In this document: one piece after another, positions 28,964 through 38,480 of the stretch | Position numbering within the stretch: position 1 is the first letter of the stretch | Layout of the letters: each line of letters begins with the position of its first letter | Source of the DNA: Thermoplasmata archaeon | GTDB taxonomy: Archaea > Thermoplasmatota > Thermoplasmata > Lutacidiplasmatales > UBA184 | Reading direction: 5' to 3' | NCBI GenBank assembly: GCA_022750375.1 | Contig: JAKIVU010000002.1 | Location: 38,946-102,945 of the forward strand | Length of the DNA stretch: 64,000 nucleotides | The notes under the pieces: generated by a model | The model's input: the letters and a program-made list of their open reading frames with translations, nothing else | Told to the model about the DNA's origin: nothing | The model's database searches: none | Position numbers and translations under genes: made by a program

Positions 28964-31300
28964 CTAAAACGTCCCCCCGGTTCCGTCGGGGTCCGCGAAG
29001 GCGGCCTGGGCGACCCCTTCGGGGGACCGGTACGGCTCCCGCTCCGGTGACGGGGCGACCCCCCACCGCTCGAGCAGGGTCGCGCGGTCGACTCCGAGCG
29101 GAGCGAGCAGCGTCTCCGCCGCGCGGGCCAGCAGGTCGAGGTACGCCCCGGCGTCGTACGGCTCGTCGCCCTGCAGCAGCTCGGCCGCCCGCACGCGGTG
29201 CCGGAACGAGCGGCTCCGTCGGTCGAGCACGACGTACCGGACGAGCTCGCCCGCCTCCCGGTGGACCCCGGCGCCCGCGAGCTGGCGGAGGGCAGCGACC
29301 GAGTCGGTGAACGTCACGAACGCCTCCGGCGCCTGCCCGATCCGGTGCGAGATGAGCAGCTCGTCCGCAGGCCACGACCCCGCCGCGAGCCGCTCGGCGA
29401 ACAGGTCGGCCCGGGCGAGGGCGCGCGGCAGGAGCGCACGGACCCCCTCCGCGTCGCGCGCCGAGCGGAACAAGGAGAGGACCTCCCCCTCGAACCGGCG
29501 CACGAGTACCGTGGTATCGTGCCGCCGCGCCCCGATCCCGCGGAGCTTGAACTCCCCGTGCTCGTAGAGCCCGTAGTACCGGTTCGGGACGCCGAGGCCG
29601 TGCGTCGTCGCGGGGAGGAACAGGATCCACCGGTAGCGCCCCTCGTAGCTGAGTGGCAGGTCGAACCGTGCGCTCATCGCGCGCGCGAACGCCTCCGGGT
29701 CCGGGGGCCGGTCCGGGTCGATCGGCCGCACCCAGAGCGAGTCGACGATCCCGTGGACCACGCGGTAGCCGGCGTCTTCCGCGGTCGGCACGAGGTCGGC
29801 GAGGAGCCGGCGCGCGTAGGCGTTGATCGCCTCGTGGCACTCGATCCGGCCGAACCGGGCGTTCCGGTATCCCTGATAGCCGAATGCCGTGACGAGGATC
29901 CATTTCAGCATCTTGACCCGACGTTTCAACCGCACCACCTCGTCGGGCGGGGTCCCGGGCCGTTTCATCGCCGCCTTGTACGCCATCCGGCGGGCGAGGA
30001 GGGGGGCGAGCGTACGGGGGATCAGCCCCACCCGGCGCGTGCACGACCGGTAGCCGAGCCCCGGCGCCCGGATCGGGCTCGCGGGGCAGCAGCGGCACTC
30101 GAGCGTCTCGGCCGAGAGGTTGTTCCGCACCATGATCGACGGGTAGAGGCTCGCGAAATCGAACTCGTCGATCCGGTCGTGGACGCCGACCGGGGGGAGG
30201 AAGATCACCCCACCCCGGTCCGCGGCGACCAGGTGGTCGCCGCGTCGGAACATCTCGGGGCGGTTCTTCTTCCACGGCACGTGCGCGCCGAGCGCGAGCG
30301 CGTGGGCCATCTCCATCGCGGTGAAGCAGGTCCCGGGCGATTGGCGGACGACGGTCGAGAGCGAGAGCCGGGAGAGCCGGGCGGCGTCGACGAGCCCGGC
30401 GATATCGGCGTCGTCGAAGAGGAACGAGTTCTCCCGGTCGATATGGAAACGACCGGGGACCGGGTACGACGCGGCGCGGTGGTGGACCACGCCGTACGAC
30501 TCGAACGACCGCGCCCGGCGGGACGGGCGGAACGGCGCCCGCTCGCGACCGAGCTCAAAGACGTCGGGGCCGAGGCCGCACGCGGCGGCCCGCCGGTAGA
30601 GCCACGGGAGGTCGAACGCATCGCCGCCCTGGGTCAGGAGCACGTCGGGGTCGCTCCGCGCGAGCTCGTCCACGAGCGCGCGCAGGAGCTCCTCCTCGGA
30701 ACCTTCGAGCGTCACGTCGCCGAGCCGGACCGACCCGATGTGTCCGTCGGGCGGCGGGATGCGTCCCCGACGCTCGCCCGCGATGTGGACCTCGAGCCGG
30801 GCGACGCGGAGCGGCGGGGTGACGTAGTCGATCGTCTCCGCCGGCTCGGTCGCCGTGAGGGCGGCGCCGTGCCCCATCACCGGAGCGAACGGGTAGAGCG
30901 CGTGGCCGAGGTGGTAGAGCTGGGGAGGGACGAGGTCGACGTCGTAGAGCCGGTACCGTTCGAACCCTCCGAGCGCGTCGACCGACCGGGCGAGCGCGCG
31001 ACGGCGCGGGTTCCGTTCGGGGGTCACCGCGAGGACCGTGCGAGGTCGCCGGTCGTAGAGCGACGGCGCGAGCACCCGACGCTCCACGACCGCGACCGCG
31101 GGGTCGCCCTCGAGCCGTCGCGCGAGGTCGACGAGGTCGTCCCGGGGCCCTTCGACCAGGAACGGCGGACGGAACTCGACCGCGGTCCGGCGCACCCGAC
31201 CCGACGACCGCTCCTTCCGCCAGAGGACGACCGAGCGACCGTCGTCGCTGTCGGTGATATCGAGCAGCCAGCCGTCCGCGGTCGGGGCCGGCCCGTCCAC
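28964..31300 (-). CDS. polB2: Family B DNA polymerase, archaeal PolB2 (Dpo2) group
   Basis: Motif A DFASLYPSIM, motif B KWILVTAFGYQGY, motif C HGIVDS (canonical YGDTDS altered), NRYYG, K.RG; exonuclease motifs degenerate. Confidence 0.88.
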   Translation of the reverse strand: MDGPAPTADGWLLDITDSDDGRSVVLWRKERSSGRVRRTAVEFRPPFLVEGPRDDLVDLARRLEGDPAVAVVERRVLAPSLYDRRPRTVLAVTPERNPRRRALARSVDALGGFERYRLYDVDLVPPQLYHLGHALYPFAPVMGHGAALTATEPAETIDYVTPPLRVARLEVHIAGERRGRIPPPDGHIGSVRLGDVTLEGSEEELLRALVDELARSDPDVLLTQGGDAFDLPWLYRRAAACGLGPDVFELGRERAPFRPSRRARSFESYGVVHHRAASYPVPGRFHIDRENSFLFDDADIAGLVDAARLSRLSLSTVVRQSPGTCFTAMEMAHALALGAHVPWKKNRPEMFRRGDHLVAADRGGVIFLPPVGVHDRIDEFDFASLYPSIMVRNNLSAETLECRCCPASPIRAPGLGYRSCTRRVGLIPRTLAPLLARRMAYKAAMKRPGTPPDEVVRLKRRVKMLKWILVTAFGYQGYRNARFGRIECHEAINAYARRLLADLVPTAEDAGYRVVHGIVDSLWVRPIDPDRPPDPEAFARAMSARFDLPLSYEGRYRWILFLPATTHGLGVPNRYYGLYEHGEFKLRGIGARRHDTTVLVRRFEGEVLSLFRSARDAEGVRALLPRALARADLFAERLAAGSWPADELLISHRIGQAPEAFVTFTDSVAALRQLAGAGVHREAGELVRYVVLDRRSRSFRHRVRAAELLQGDEPYDAGAYLDLLARAAETLLAPLGVDRATLLERWGVAPSPEREPYRSPEGVAQAAFADPDGTGGTF

Positions 31301-31302
31301 GG

Positions 31303-31557
31303 TCAGCGCGCGACCGGTCGGCCCGCGGGTTCGGCGGGCAGCCGTCGAGCGAGGTCGAGGAGGACGGAGAGGAGGATCGACTCGAGGAGGTCCGGGCTCC
31401 CGACGTACGTCGCCTGGGCGGCGTACCGACGGGCCCCGGTCCGGAGCGTCTCGAACGCGGCGCGTTCCTCGGGGGTCGTGAGGAGCCGCGCGAACTCGTC
31501 CCAGCGTTTCATCCGTTCCTCGAGTGCCTGGCGGTACGTCGGAGCGGTGCGCCCCAT
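31303..31557 (-). CDS. Small helical PolB2-associated protein
   Basis: MGRTAPTYRQALEE...W..FAR.L...ER.AF..L; sits between the RadA-like gene and polB2, as in known PolB2 operons. Confidence 0.75.
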   Translation of the reverse strand: MGRTAPTYRQALEERMKRWDEFARLLTTPEERAAFETLRTGARRYAAQATYVGSPDLLESILLSVLLDLARRLPAEPAGRPVAR

Positions 31558-32387
31558 GCGATCACCTCCTCGGCGGAACCGCCGCCGAACTCCTCCATCC
31601 CCCGCTGCCCTCCGGCGCGGGGGACGATGGCGAGCCGGGCGTCGTCGCGGAGGGCGCGCAGGCGGAGTGTGCCGGGTCCCCGGACGAACGTGACGAGGTC
31701 GCACCAGCGGGGTCCCTCGTCGACGAGGCCGGGGAACCGGTCGAGGCCCCCGGGGTTGAGGGTGAGGAGGAGGGGCGCGCGCACATCGTCCGCGAGCGTT
31801 CGCAGCGCCCGTGCGACGTGCCGCAGGAGCGCGGCGCGTTCGTCGTCCGGGATCTCGTCGGCCGCGAACAGCGCCGGAAGGTCGTGCGCGACGAGGAGCG
31901 TGGGCGGATGCCGTCGTGCCTCGGCAGCCCAGCCGTCGACCAGGGCAACCATCTGGTACGCGGTGAACGCCCGGGCGAGCCGGATCCTTCGCAACGTCTC
32001 GGTCGCGTCGACCCCGAGCGAACGGCCGAGCTCTCCGATCCGATACGGGTGGAACCGGTTCCCTCCCTCGAGGAGCGAGATCCGGCCGCGCGCGAGTGCG
32101 TTCCCGGCGTAGAGCAGCTCGAGCATCGGTTCGACGGCGACCCCGGGACCGGTCCAGAGCGTCACCTCGCCCGGAGCGAACCGGCGGGCGAGCCACGGGA
32201 AGAGCGCCGGCTCGGGCGGGAGGAGGGGGCCGGCGCGCGATCGACGGGAGTGCGGCGCGAGGTGGATCCGGGCGATGCCCGCGCTCGGTGCCGGTGGGGC
32301 GGTCGACGGGGCGTCGAACGGGAACGGGTCGAACGGTTCTACCTCGTCCGGTGCGAGGGCGGGCTCGAGGTCGAACGCATCCGTCAT
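31509..32387 (-). CDS. Inactivated RecA/RadA-fold (ImuA-like) protein
   Basis: LEGGNRFHPY, LRRIRLARAFTAYQM, LLVAHD; Walker A replaced by WTGPGVAV (no GKT). Confidence 0.75.
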   Translation of the reverse strand: MTDAFDLEPALAPDEVEPFDPFPFDAPSTAPPAPSAGIARIHLAPHSRRSRAGPLLPPEPALFPWLARRFAPGEVTLWTGPGVAVEPMLELLYAGNALARGRISLLEGGNRFHPYRIGELGRSLGVDATETLRRIRLARAFTAYQMVALVDGWAAEARRHPPTLLVAHDLPALFAADEIPDDERAALLRHVARALRTLADDVRAPLLLTLNPGGLDRFPGLVDEGPRWCDLVTFVRGPGTLRLRALRDDARLAIVPRAGGQRGMEEFGGGSAEEVIAWGAPLRRTARHSRNG

Positions 32388-32493
32388 CAGTCGATACCGG
32401 CCCTGTTGAGGGGACGGACCGCTCTAAAGCGGCCGCTCGGGGGGCGTTGAAACGGGTCCGGGAACGGGGCGTTCCCGGCGTCCCCCGCGCGGC

Positions 32494-33261
32494 CTACAGG
32501 TCGAGACGCGAACTCCCGGGGGGCGGAGGAAGGCCGAGCTGCTCGCTGAGCGAACGACCGTTCGTCGCGGCGTCCCCGCGGAAATGGTTGTTGAAGAACC
32601 CGTAGACGACGCGCGCGTTCTCGGCGAGGGTCTGGACCCGGGGGACCCACGCCGTGACCTCCTCGACCGAGTACGTGTAGTCGTACCACGTCGGGTTCCC
32701 GTGCCCGTGCCAGCGCACGTAGGCGAACGGCGCGGTGACGCGGAGGTCGACCGGAAGGTGGGGACCGTCGACGATCACGTAGGCGAGGCCGAACTCCTCG
32801 AGCAGCGCGTACGATTCGGGAACGAGCCACGACCGCTCGCGGAACTCGACGGCGACGGGGAGGTCGCGGGGCAGGGACGAGTAGAACGTGCGGACCGTCC
32901 CGGGGTCGAACGGGAGGGACGGCGGCAGCTGGAGGAGCGCCGCCGCGAACTTCCCGGCGTCCCGGATCGGTTTCATCACCGCAAGGAATCGCGCGAGCTC
33001 CTCGTCGGTCGCGACGAGCCTTAGGTCGTGCGTGATCGTCTGAGGGAACTTCGCGGCGAACCGAAATCCGGTGGGAGTCCTCCGCACCCACGACGCGGCG
33101 ACCGACGAGGGCGGGAGCCGGTAGAACGTGGAGTTGACCTCGACGATCGGGAACAGGCTCGCGTAGTACCGCAGCTTGTCCGACGCGCCGTGCGGAGGGT
33201 AGACCCGACCCACCCACTCGGGGTAGTCCCATCCGCTCGTCCCCAGCAGGATGTTCCCCAT
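32494..33261 (-). CDS. DUF72 domain protein (TIM barrel)
   Basis: LGTSGWDY..W, VEVNSTFY, KFPQTITH, LLQLPPS, AVEFR..SW, YVRWHG, YDYTYS, FFNNH. Confidence 0.9.
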   Translation of the reverse strand: MGNILLGTSGWDYPEWVGRVYPPHGASDKLRYYASLFPIVEVNSTFYRLPPSSVAASWVRRTPTGFRFAAKFPQTITHDLRLVATDEELARFLAVMKPIRDAGKFAAALLQLPPSLPFDPGTVRTFYSSLPRDLPVAVEFRERSWLVPESYALLEEFGLAYVIVDGPHLPVDLRVTAPFAYVRWHGHGNPTWYDYTYSVEEVTAWVPRVQTLAENARVVYGFFNNHFRGDAATNGRSLSEQLGLPPPPGSSRLDL

Positions 33262-33377
33262 GGGGTCCCGGCGTTCCGAAGGTCCGGCGACCGTTAAGGT
33301 GGGCGGAACGCCTGGAATGTGCCGGTCCCTCAAGTCAAACGAAAATAGGACCGCTTCCTCCCCGGATCGGGATCCGG

Positions 33378-33656
33378 ATGGTTCAGGTCGACATCGACGA
33401 GGCGAAGTGCACGGGGTGCGCCCACTGCCGGGATGTCTGTCCGGTGAACGTCTTCGAACTCCGCCCCCGGGACCAACTGCCCGATGTCGTCGATGATCCC
33501 GAGATCGCGGCGAAGTTCCAGTTCCGGGGAGAGAAGTCGCTCGCGATCCACGGGCCCGAGTGCATCGTCTGCGAGGCATGCCTCTTCGAGTGTGAAGGCG
33601 AATGCATCCTGATCGTGGACGATGAGAAACACGTCCACAAATCGACGTACAAGTAG
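33378..33656 (+). CDS. 2[4Fe-4S] ferredoxin
   Basis: CTGCAHCRDVCP and CIVCEACLFEC. Confidence 0.88.
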   Translation: MVQVDIDEAKCTGCAHCRDVCPVNVFELRPRDQLPDVVDDPEIAAKFQFRGEKSLAIHGPECIVCEACLFECEGECILIVDDEKHVHKSTYK

Positions 33657-33749
33657 GGCCCGAAGCCCCCCGGTACGCGAGCCGCCGGAGCAGATTTCTC
33701 CCCGGCCCGGGGCAGGCGTTAAATAGGCCGCGGCCCCGCCGATGACGCC

Positions 33750-34088
33750 GTGCCCGAAACGCCAATCGTCCGAGGGCGCACTGTAGTACTTGGCGAGCGC
33801 GAGCTCGCGATCGGCTTCCGCCTGATCGGCCTCAAGGACGTCGTCGACGTGACCCCGGAAACCTCCGTGGCCGAGTTCCAGCGCGTGATGAGCGCCGGGA
33901 GCTACAACCTCGTGATCGCGAGCCAATCGATCCGGGCGCGACTCTCCGAGGCGCAGCGGGCCCACGCGGACTCGTCCCTCGCCCCCCTCGTCGTCTTCGT
34001 TCCCACCCCCACCGGTGAGTTCGAGGTCGAAAGCATCAACGCGCTCGCCAAGCGCGTGCTCGGCGTCACGCTCGCGGTCTCTGCCTAA
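33750..34088 (+). CDS. atpF: A/V-type ATP synthase subunit F
   Basis: [15 protein letters not shown]...KRVLGV; GTTAAATA box at 33718-33725. Confidence 0.88.
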   Translation: MPETPIVRGRTVVLGERELAIGFRLIGLKDVVDVTPETSVAEFQRVMSAGSYNLVIASQSIRARLSEAQRAHADSSLAPLVVFVPTPTGEFEVESINALAKRVLGVTLAVSA

Positions 34089-34102
34089 CGAAGGAGAGTT
34101 CG

Positions 34103-35902
34103 ATGGGGGTTGTCGGGCGTGTCTCCGGTCCGGTCGTCATCGCCGAGGGTCTCGCGGGTGCGAAAATGTTCGACGTCGTCCGCGTCGGTTCGCTCGGGCT
34201 CGTCGGGGAGATCATCCGGCTCGTCGGCGGGACGGCGACCGTCCAAGTCTACGAGGACACGACGGGGATTCGCCCCGGCGACCCCGTGGAGAACACCGGT
34301 CAGGCCCTTTCGGTCGAGCTGGGACCCGGCCTTCTCAAGTCGATCTACGATGGCGTCCAGCGGCCGCTGGACGTGATCCAGAAGAGTCTCGGGGACTTCA
34401 TCACTCGCGGTTTCGTCGCTCCGCCCCTCGACGAGAAGGCGAAGTGGGATTTCACCGCCACGCTCGCGGCGGGCACCGAGGTCACGGCAGGGGCGGTGCT
34501 CGGAACGGTGCAGGAGACGCCCCTCATTCTTCACAAGATCATGATCCCGCCCGGTGTAGAGGGGACCGTCACGAAGCTTGCGAGTGGAACGTACACGATC
34601 CGCGAACCGATTGGTTCGATCAAGACGGCCGCCGGCACCCAACCCCTCTGGCTCAGTCAGAAGTGGATCGTCCGGATTCCACGGCCGGTCCAACAAAAGC
34701 TTGCACCCGACATCCCTCTGATCACCGGTCAACGGGTCGTCGACTCCTTCTTTTCGGTTGCCAAGGGTGGAACGGCGTGCGTGCCGGGCGCCTTCGGGAC
34801 CGGCAAGACCGTACTGCAGCAGCAACTCGCCAAGTGGGCCGACTCCGACGTCGTCGTTTATGTGGGTTGCGGAGAGCGTGGGAACGAGATGACCGAGGTG
34901 CTCGCGACGTTCCCAACACTCGTCGACCCGAAGAGTAAGCGGCCACTCATGGAGCGAACGATCCTTATCGCCAACACCTCCAACATGCCGGTCGCCGCAC
35001 GCGAGGCGAGCGTCTACACGGGGATCACCATCGCGGAATACTACCGGGACATGGGGTACGACGTCGCCCTGATGGCCGACTCGACCAGCCGATGGGCCGA
35101 GGCGATGCGGGAGATCTCAGGTCGCCTCGAGGAGATGCCGGGGGAGGAAGGGTACCCGGCCTACTTGGGCCGACGTATTGCCGAATTCTACGAACGGTCG
35201 GGGCGCGTCGTGACGCTCTCTCCCGAAGGTCGCAACGGTTCGATCAGCGTCATCGGCGCAGTCTCTCCGGCGGGTGGAGACACGTCCGAACCCGTCAGCC
35301 AGAACACCCTCCGGGTGGTCCGGGTCTTCTGGGCGCTCGATGCCTCGCTCGCGGCCCGTCGTCACTTCCCGTCGATCAACTGGCTGCAGAGCTACTCGCT
35401 CTACATCAACGACCTGGAGCCGTGGTTTCGTGCCAACCTTTCGAAGGAGTTCGTCCCACTGCGGCAGAAGGCCCTCGAGGTCCTGCAGAAGGAGTCGGAG
35501 CTCCAGGAGATCGTTCAACTGGTGGGCGTCGACGCGCTGCCCGAGCGCGAGAAGGCCGTGCTGGACGTCGCGAAGATGCTCCGGGAGGATTACCTCCAGC
35601 AGAGCGCCTACGACGACGTCGACACCTACACGTCCATCCAGAAGCAGTACCGCATGCTCCGCGCAATCCTTTCTTTCGGCGACCGCGAGCTTGAGGCGAT
35701 CGGCAAGGGAGCTACGGTCGCTCAGATCCAGCGATTGCCGATTCGCACGAAGTTGTCGCGAATGAAATGGATCCCCGAGGCGGAACTCCAGAACCAGTTC
35801 GACCAGATCGAGCTGGAAATGGGTGAGGCGATCGGCGCGGTCACTGTGGCCGCTTCCTCTTCCGGCGTTACTCCGGCCGTTGCTGCGGCCCCGGGGGCCT
35901 AA
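34103..35902 (+). CDS. atpA: A/V-type ATP synthase subunit A
   Basis: [42 protein letters not shown]; no intein. Confidence 0.97.
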   Translation: MGVVGRVSGPVVIAEGLAGAKMFDVVRVGSLGLVGEIIRLVGGTATVQVYEDTTGIRPGDPVENTGQALSVELGPGLLKSIYDGVQRPLDVIQKSLGDFITRGFVAPPLDEKAKWDFTATLAAGTEVTAGAVLGTVQETPLILHKIMIPPGVEGTVTKLASGTYTIREPIGSIKTAAGTQPLWLSQKWIVRIPRPVQQKLAPDIPLITGQRVVDSFFSVAKGGTACVPGAFGTGKTVLQQQLAKWADSDVVVYVGCGERGNEMTEVLATFPTLVDPKSKRPLMERTILIANTSNMPVAAREASVYTGITIAEYYRDMGYDVALMADSTSRWAEAMREISGRLEEMPGEEGYPAYLGRRIAEFYERSGRVVTLSPEGRNGSISVIGAVSPAGGDTSEPVSQNTLRVVRVFWALDASLAARRHFPSINWLQSYSLYINDLEPWFRANLSKEFVPLRQKALEVLQKESELQEIVQLVGVDALPEREKAVLDVAKMLREDYLQQSAYDDVDTYTSIQKQYRMLRAILSFGDRELEAIGKGATVAQIQRLPIRTKLSRMKWIPEAELQNQFDQIELEMGEAIGAVTVAASSSGVTPAVAAAPGA

Positions 35903-35906
35903 GTTC

Positions 35907-37334
35907 ATGGCCGCGAAAGGAGCCCCTCCGTCGCAGCGGACGTCAGACGTCCCGATCGACTACCGGACCGTCGATCGGGTGACGGGGCCGCTGCTGTTCG
36001 TTCGGGACGTGGCAAACGCCGCGTACGGCGAGATCGTCGAGATCACCCTTCCGAATGGCTCGCGCCTCCAGGGCCAGGTACTCGACTCACGGAAGGGGCT
36101 CGCCATCGTCCAGGTGTTCGGCCCGACCATGGGAATGAACATCGAGACGACCAGCGTCAAGTTCCTGGGCGAGGTCGCGACTCTTCCCGTCTCGGACGAA
36201 CTGCTCGGACGGGTGTTCAACGGGCTCGGCGAACCGCGGGACGGCGGGCCGAAGATCGTGAGCGAGACCCGGCTCGAGATCGTCGGGAGCGCGATGAACC
36301 CGTACTCGCGGGAGGAGCCCAGCGAGTTCATCCAGACGGGGATCTCGACGATCGACGCTATGAACACTCTCGTCCGGGGACAGAAGCTCCCGATCTTCTC
36401 GGGCGCAGGTCTCCCGCACAACCAGATCGCCGCCCAGATCGTCCGTCAAGCGAAACTGCGGAACTCCACCGAAGGGTTCGCGGTCGTCTTCGCCGCGATG
36501 GGGATCACGAGCGAGGAGGCGAACTTCTTCCTAAAGGAGTTCGAGTCGACCGGGGCGCTCGAACGCGCGGTCGTGTTCCTGAACCTCTCCTCCGACCCGT
36601 CGATGGAACGGGTCGTGACGCCGCGGATGGCGCTGACCGCCGCCGAGTTCCTGGCGTACGAGCGGGACCTCCACGTCCTGGTCGTGCTGACGGACATGAC
36701 GAACTATTGCGAAGCACTCCGGGAGGTCTCGGCCGCTCGGGACGAGGTTCCGGGTCGTCGCGGCTATCCGGGGTACATGTACACCGACCTCGCGACGATC
36801 TACGAGCGCGCCGGAAAGATCCACGGCCGCAAGGGCTCGATCACTCAGCTCCCGATCCTGACGATGCCCGCCGACGATGTGACCCACCCGATCCCCGACC
36901 TCACCGGGTACATCACCGAGGGCCAGATCTACGTCAGCCGCGAGCTGCAACGCCGGGGTGTTTACCCTCCGATCGACGTGCTCCCCTCGCTCTCTCGGCT
37001 CATGAACCAGGGGATCGGGAAGAGCCGAACCCGCGAGGACCACCGGGGGGTCGCGGACCAGCTGTTCGCCGCGTACGCGACGGGCAAGGACCAGCGCGCG
37101 CTCTCCGCGATCGTCGGCGAGGAATCCTTGAGCGAGGTCGACCGACTCTATCTCAAGGCGGCGGACCGCTTCGAGACCGAGTTCGTCAACCAGCGTCCCG
37201 ACGAGGACCGGACCATCGACCAGAGCCTCACGATCGGCTGGGACATCCTCTCCGACCTTCCCGACTCGGAGTTGAAGCGGATCAAGCCCGAGTTCGTCGA
37301 GAAGTACCGCGTCCGAAAGAGCACCGTCACCTAG
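35907..37334 (+). CDS. atpB: A/V-type ATP synthase subunit B
   Basis: [40 protein letters not shown]. Confidence 0.97.
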   Translation: MAAKGAPPSQRTSDVPIDYRTVDRVTGPLLFVRDVANAAYGEIVEITLPNGSRLQGQVLDSRKGLAIVQVFGPTMGMNIETTSVKFLGEVATLPVSDELLGRVFNGLGEPRDGGPKIVSETRLEIVGSAMNPYSREEPSEFIQTGISTIDAMNTLVRGQKLPIFSGAGLPHNQIAAQIVRQAKLRNSTEGFAVVFAAMGITSEEANFFLKEFESTGALERAVVFLNLSSDPSMERVVTPRMALTAAEFLAYERDLHVLVVLTDMTNYCEALREVSAARDEVPGRRGYPGYMYTDLATIYERAGKIHGRKGSITQLPILTMPADDVTHPIPDLTGYITEGQIYVSRELQRRGVYPPIDVLPSLSRLMNQGIGKSRTREDHRGVADQLFAAYATGKDQRALSAIVGEESLSEVDRLYLKAADRFETEFVNQRPDEDRTIDQSLTIGWDILSDLPDSELKRIKPEFVEKYRVRKSTVT

Positions 37335-37354
37335 GTCCGGGGAGAGAGGACGAC

Positions 37355-37999
37355 GTGCCCGCCGAAACCGTTCGTCCGACCCGCCTCGAACTGTTGCGCA
37401 CGCGGCGACGGATCGTCGTCGCGAAGAAGGGATTAAATCTTCTCAAGCTGAAACGGACCGCGCTCATCGTCGAGTTCTTCGCGATCTCGAAGGAGGCGAT
37501 GAAGCTCCGTGGCGACCTTCAGGCGCGCATCGCGCGCGGATACGAATCGATCCGGATGGCGGAGATGATGGAGGGCCCCACTCGCCTCGAGAGCATCTCG
37601 ATGCTGCTCCCGGACGTCCTCCCCATCCAGGTCGCGACGAAGAACGTCATGGGAGTACGCACCCCGCGCGTCGACCGGGGCGACTACCGTCCGGTCGCTG
37701 CCCCCGAGCTGCTCGACCTTCCGACGTCCGTCAACGAGTCGATCCGTCACTTCCAGGGTATCTATTCGGTCGTGCTCGATATCGCCGAGAAAGAGAACGC
37801 CCTCCGCCGCCTCCTGAAAGAGATCGAGAAGACGAAGCGTCGTGCGAGCGCGATCGAGAACGTCTTGATCCCGCGGCTGCAGGGCACGGTACGGTACATC
37901 AAGTTCCGATTCGACGAGCTCGAACGGGACGCGTTCAGCATGTTGAAGAGCGTCAAACGAAAGATGGAGGCGACGGAGGCCGATGCGGTCAGCGCCTAA
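37355..37999 (+). CDS. atpD: A/V-type ATP synthase subunit D
   Basis: VRPTRLEL...A.KG..LLKLKR..L, NVMGV..P, EIEKTKRRA.AIE..LIP. Confidence 0.93.
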   Translation: MPAETVRPTRLELLRTRRRIVVAKKGLNLLKLKRTALIVEFFAISKEAMKLRGDLQARIARGYESIRMAEMMEGPTRLESISMLLPDVLPIQVATKNVMGVRTPRVDRGDYRPVAAPELLDLPTSVNESIRHFQGIYSVVLDIAEKENALRRLLKEIEKTKRRASAIENVLIPRLQGTVRYIKFRFDELERDAFSMLKSVKRKMEATEADAVSA

Positions 38000-38108
38000 C
38001 GCCGCCGTCCGCCGGTTCCGCCTCGTGCGGAACCTCTCGTTCGCGATCAAGGTCGCCGCGCTCGTGGGGCTCGTCGTCTTCCTTGCCGTCTACTTTGGAG
38101 GCGCGTAA
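37983..38108 (+). CDS. 41-aa single-pass membrane microprotein inside the atp cluster
   Basis: My translation: MRSAPNAAVRRFRLVRNLSFAIKVAALVGLVVFLAVYFGGA. GGAGG upstream; overlaps the atpD end; its TAA abuts the atpH GTG. Confidence 0.65.
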   Translation: MRSAPNAAVRRFRLVRNLSFAIKVAALVGLVVFLAVYFGGA

Positions 38109-38465
38109 GTGGCCGCCTCGTCCTCCGGCACCGGGCTCGGCTCGATCGAGGCGCTGAAGCGGGTCAAGGCGACCGAGAACGACTGGGAGCTCAAGCTTCG
38201 GGCGGCGCGCGGCGCGGCGGCAGAGACGATCGATCGCCTGCGGAACGACAGCGAGGCGGCCGTCCGAGCCGCCCAGGCCGCCGCCGACGCCGAGCGGGCA
38301 CGCGCGGTCCAGGCGGCACGGGCCGAAGCGGACCAGGAGGCGGCCGGGATCCTCGCGGAAGGTACGAACGTCGCCGAGGCGGCGGCCCGCGGAGAAGGGA
38401 AGCGCCCCGCCGACAAGAAGGACAAGATCCTCGGGGCCGTGCTCGCCGGGTTCTCGAAGGACTGA
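38109..38465 (+). CDS. atpH: A/V-type ATP synthase peripheral stalk subunit H (G)
   Basis: IEALKRVK..E followed by an Ala/Glu/Arg coiled coil; directly before subunit I. Confidence 0.75.
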   Translation: MAASSSGTGLGSIEALKRVKATENDWELKLRAARGAAAETIDRLRNDSEAAVRAAQAAADAERARAVQAARAEADQEAAGILAEGTNVAEAAARGEGKRPADKKDKILGAVLAGFSKD

Positions 38466-38480
38466 CGGAGCGACCGGACC

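Noticed and set aside
23539..33261. One 10-kb DNA-damage operon from DUF72 to mpg
   Set aside because: TATA-like boxes occur internally (near 25235, 28966 and 32425), so several transcription units are more likely.
34103..35902. Possible intein in atpA (also checked in gyrA, nrdJ and polB2)
   Set aside because: Protein lengths and motif spacing are continuous, with no intein-like insertion.
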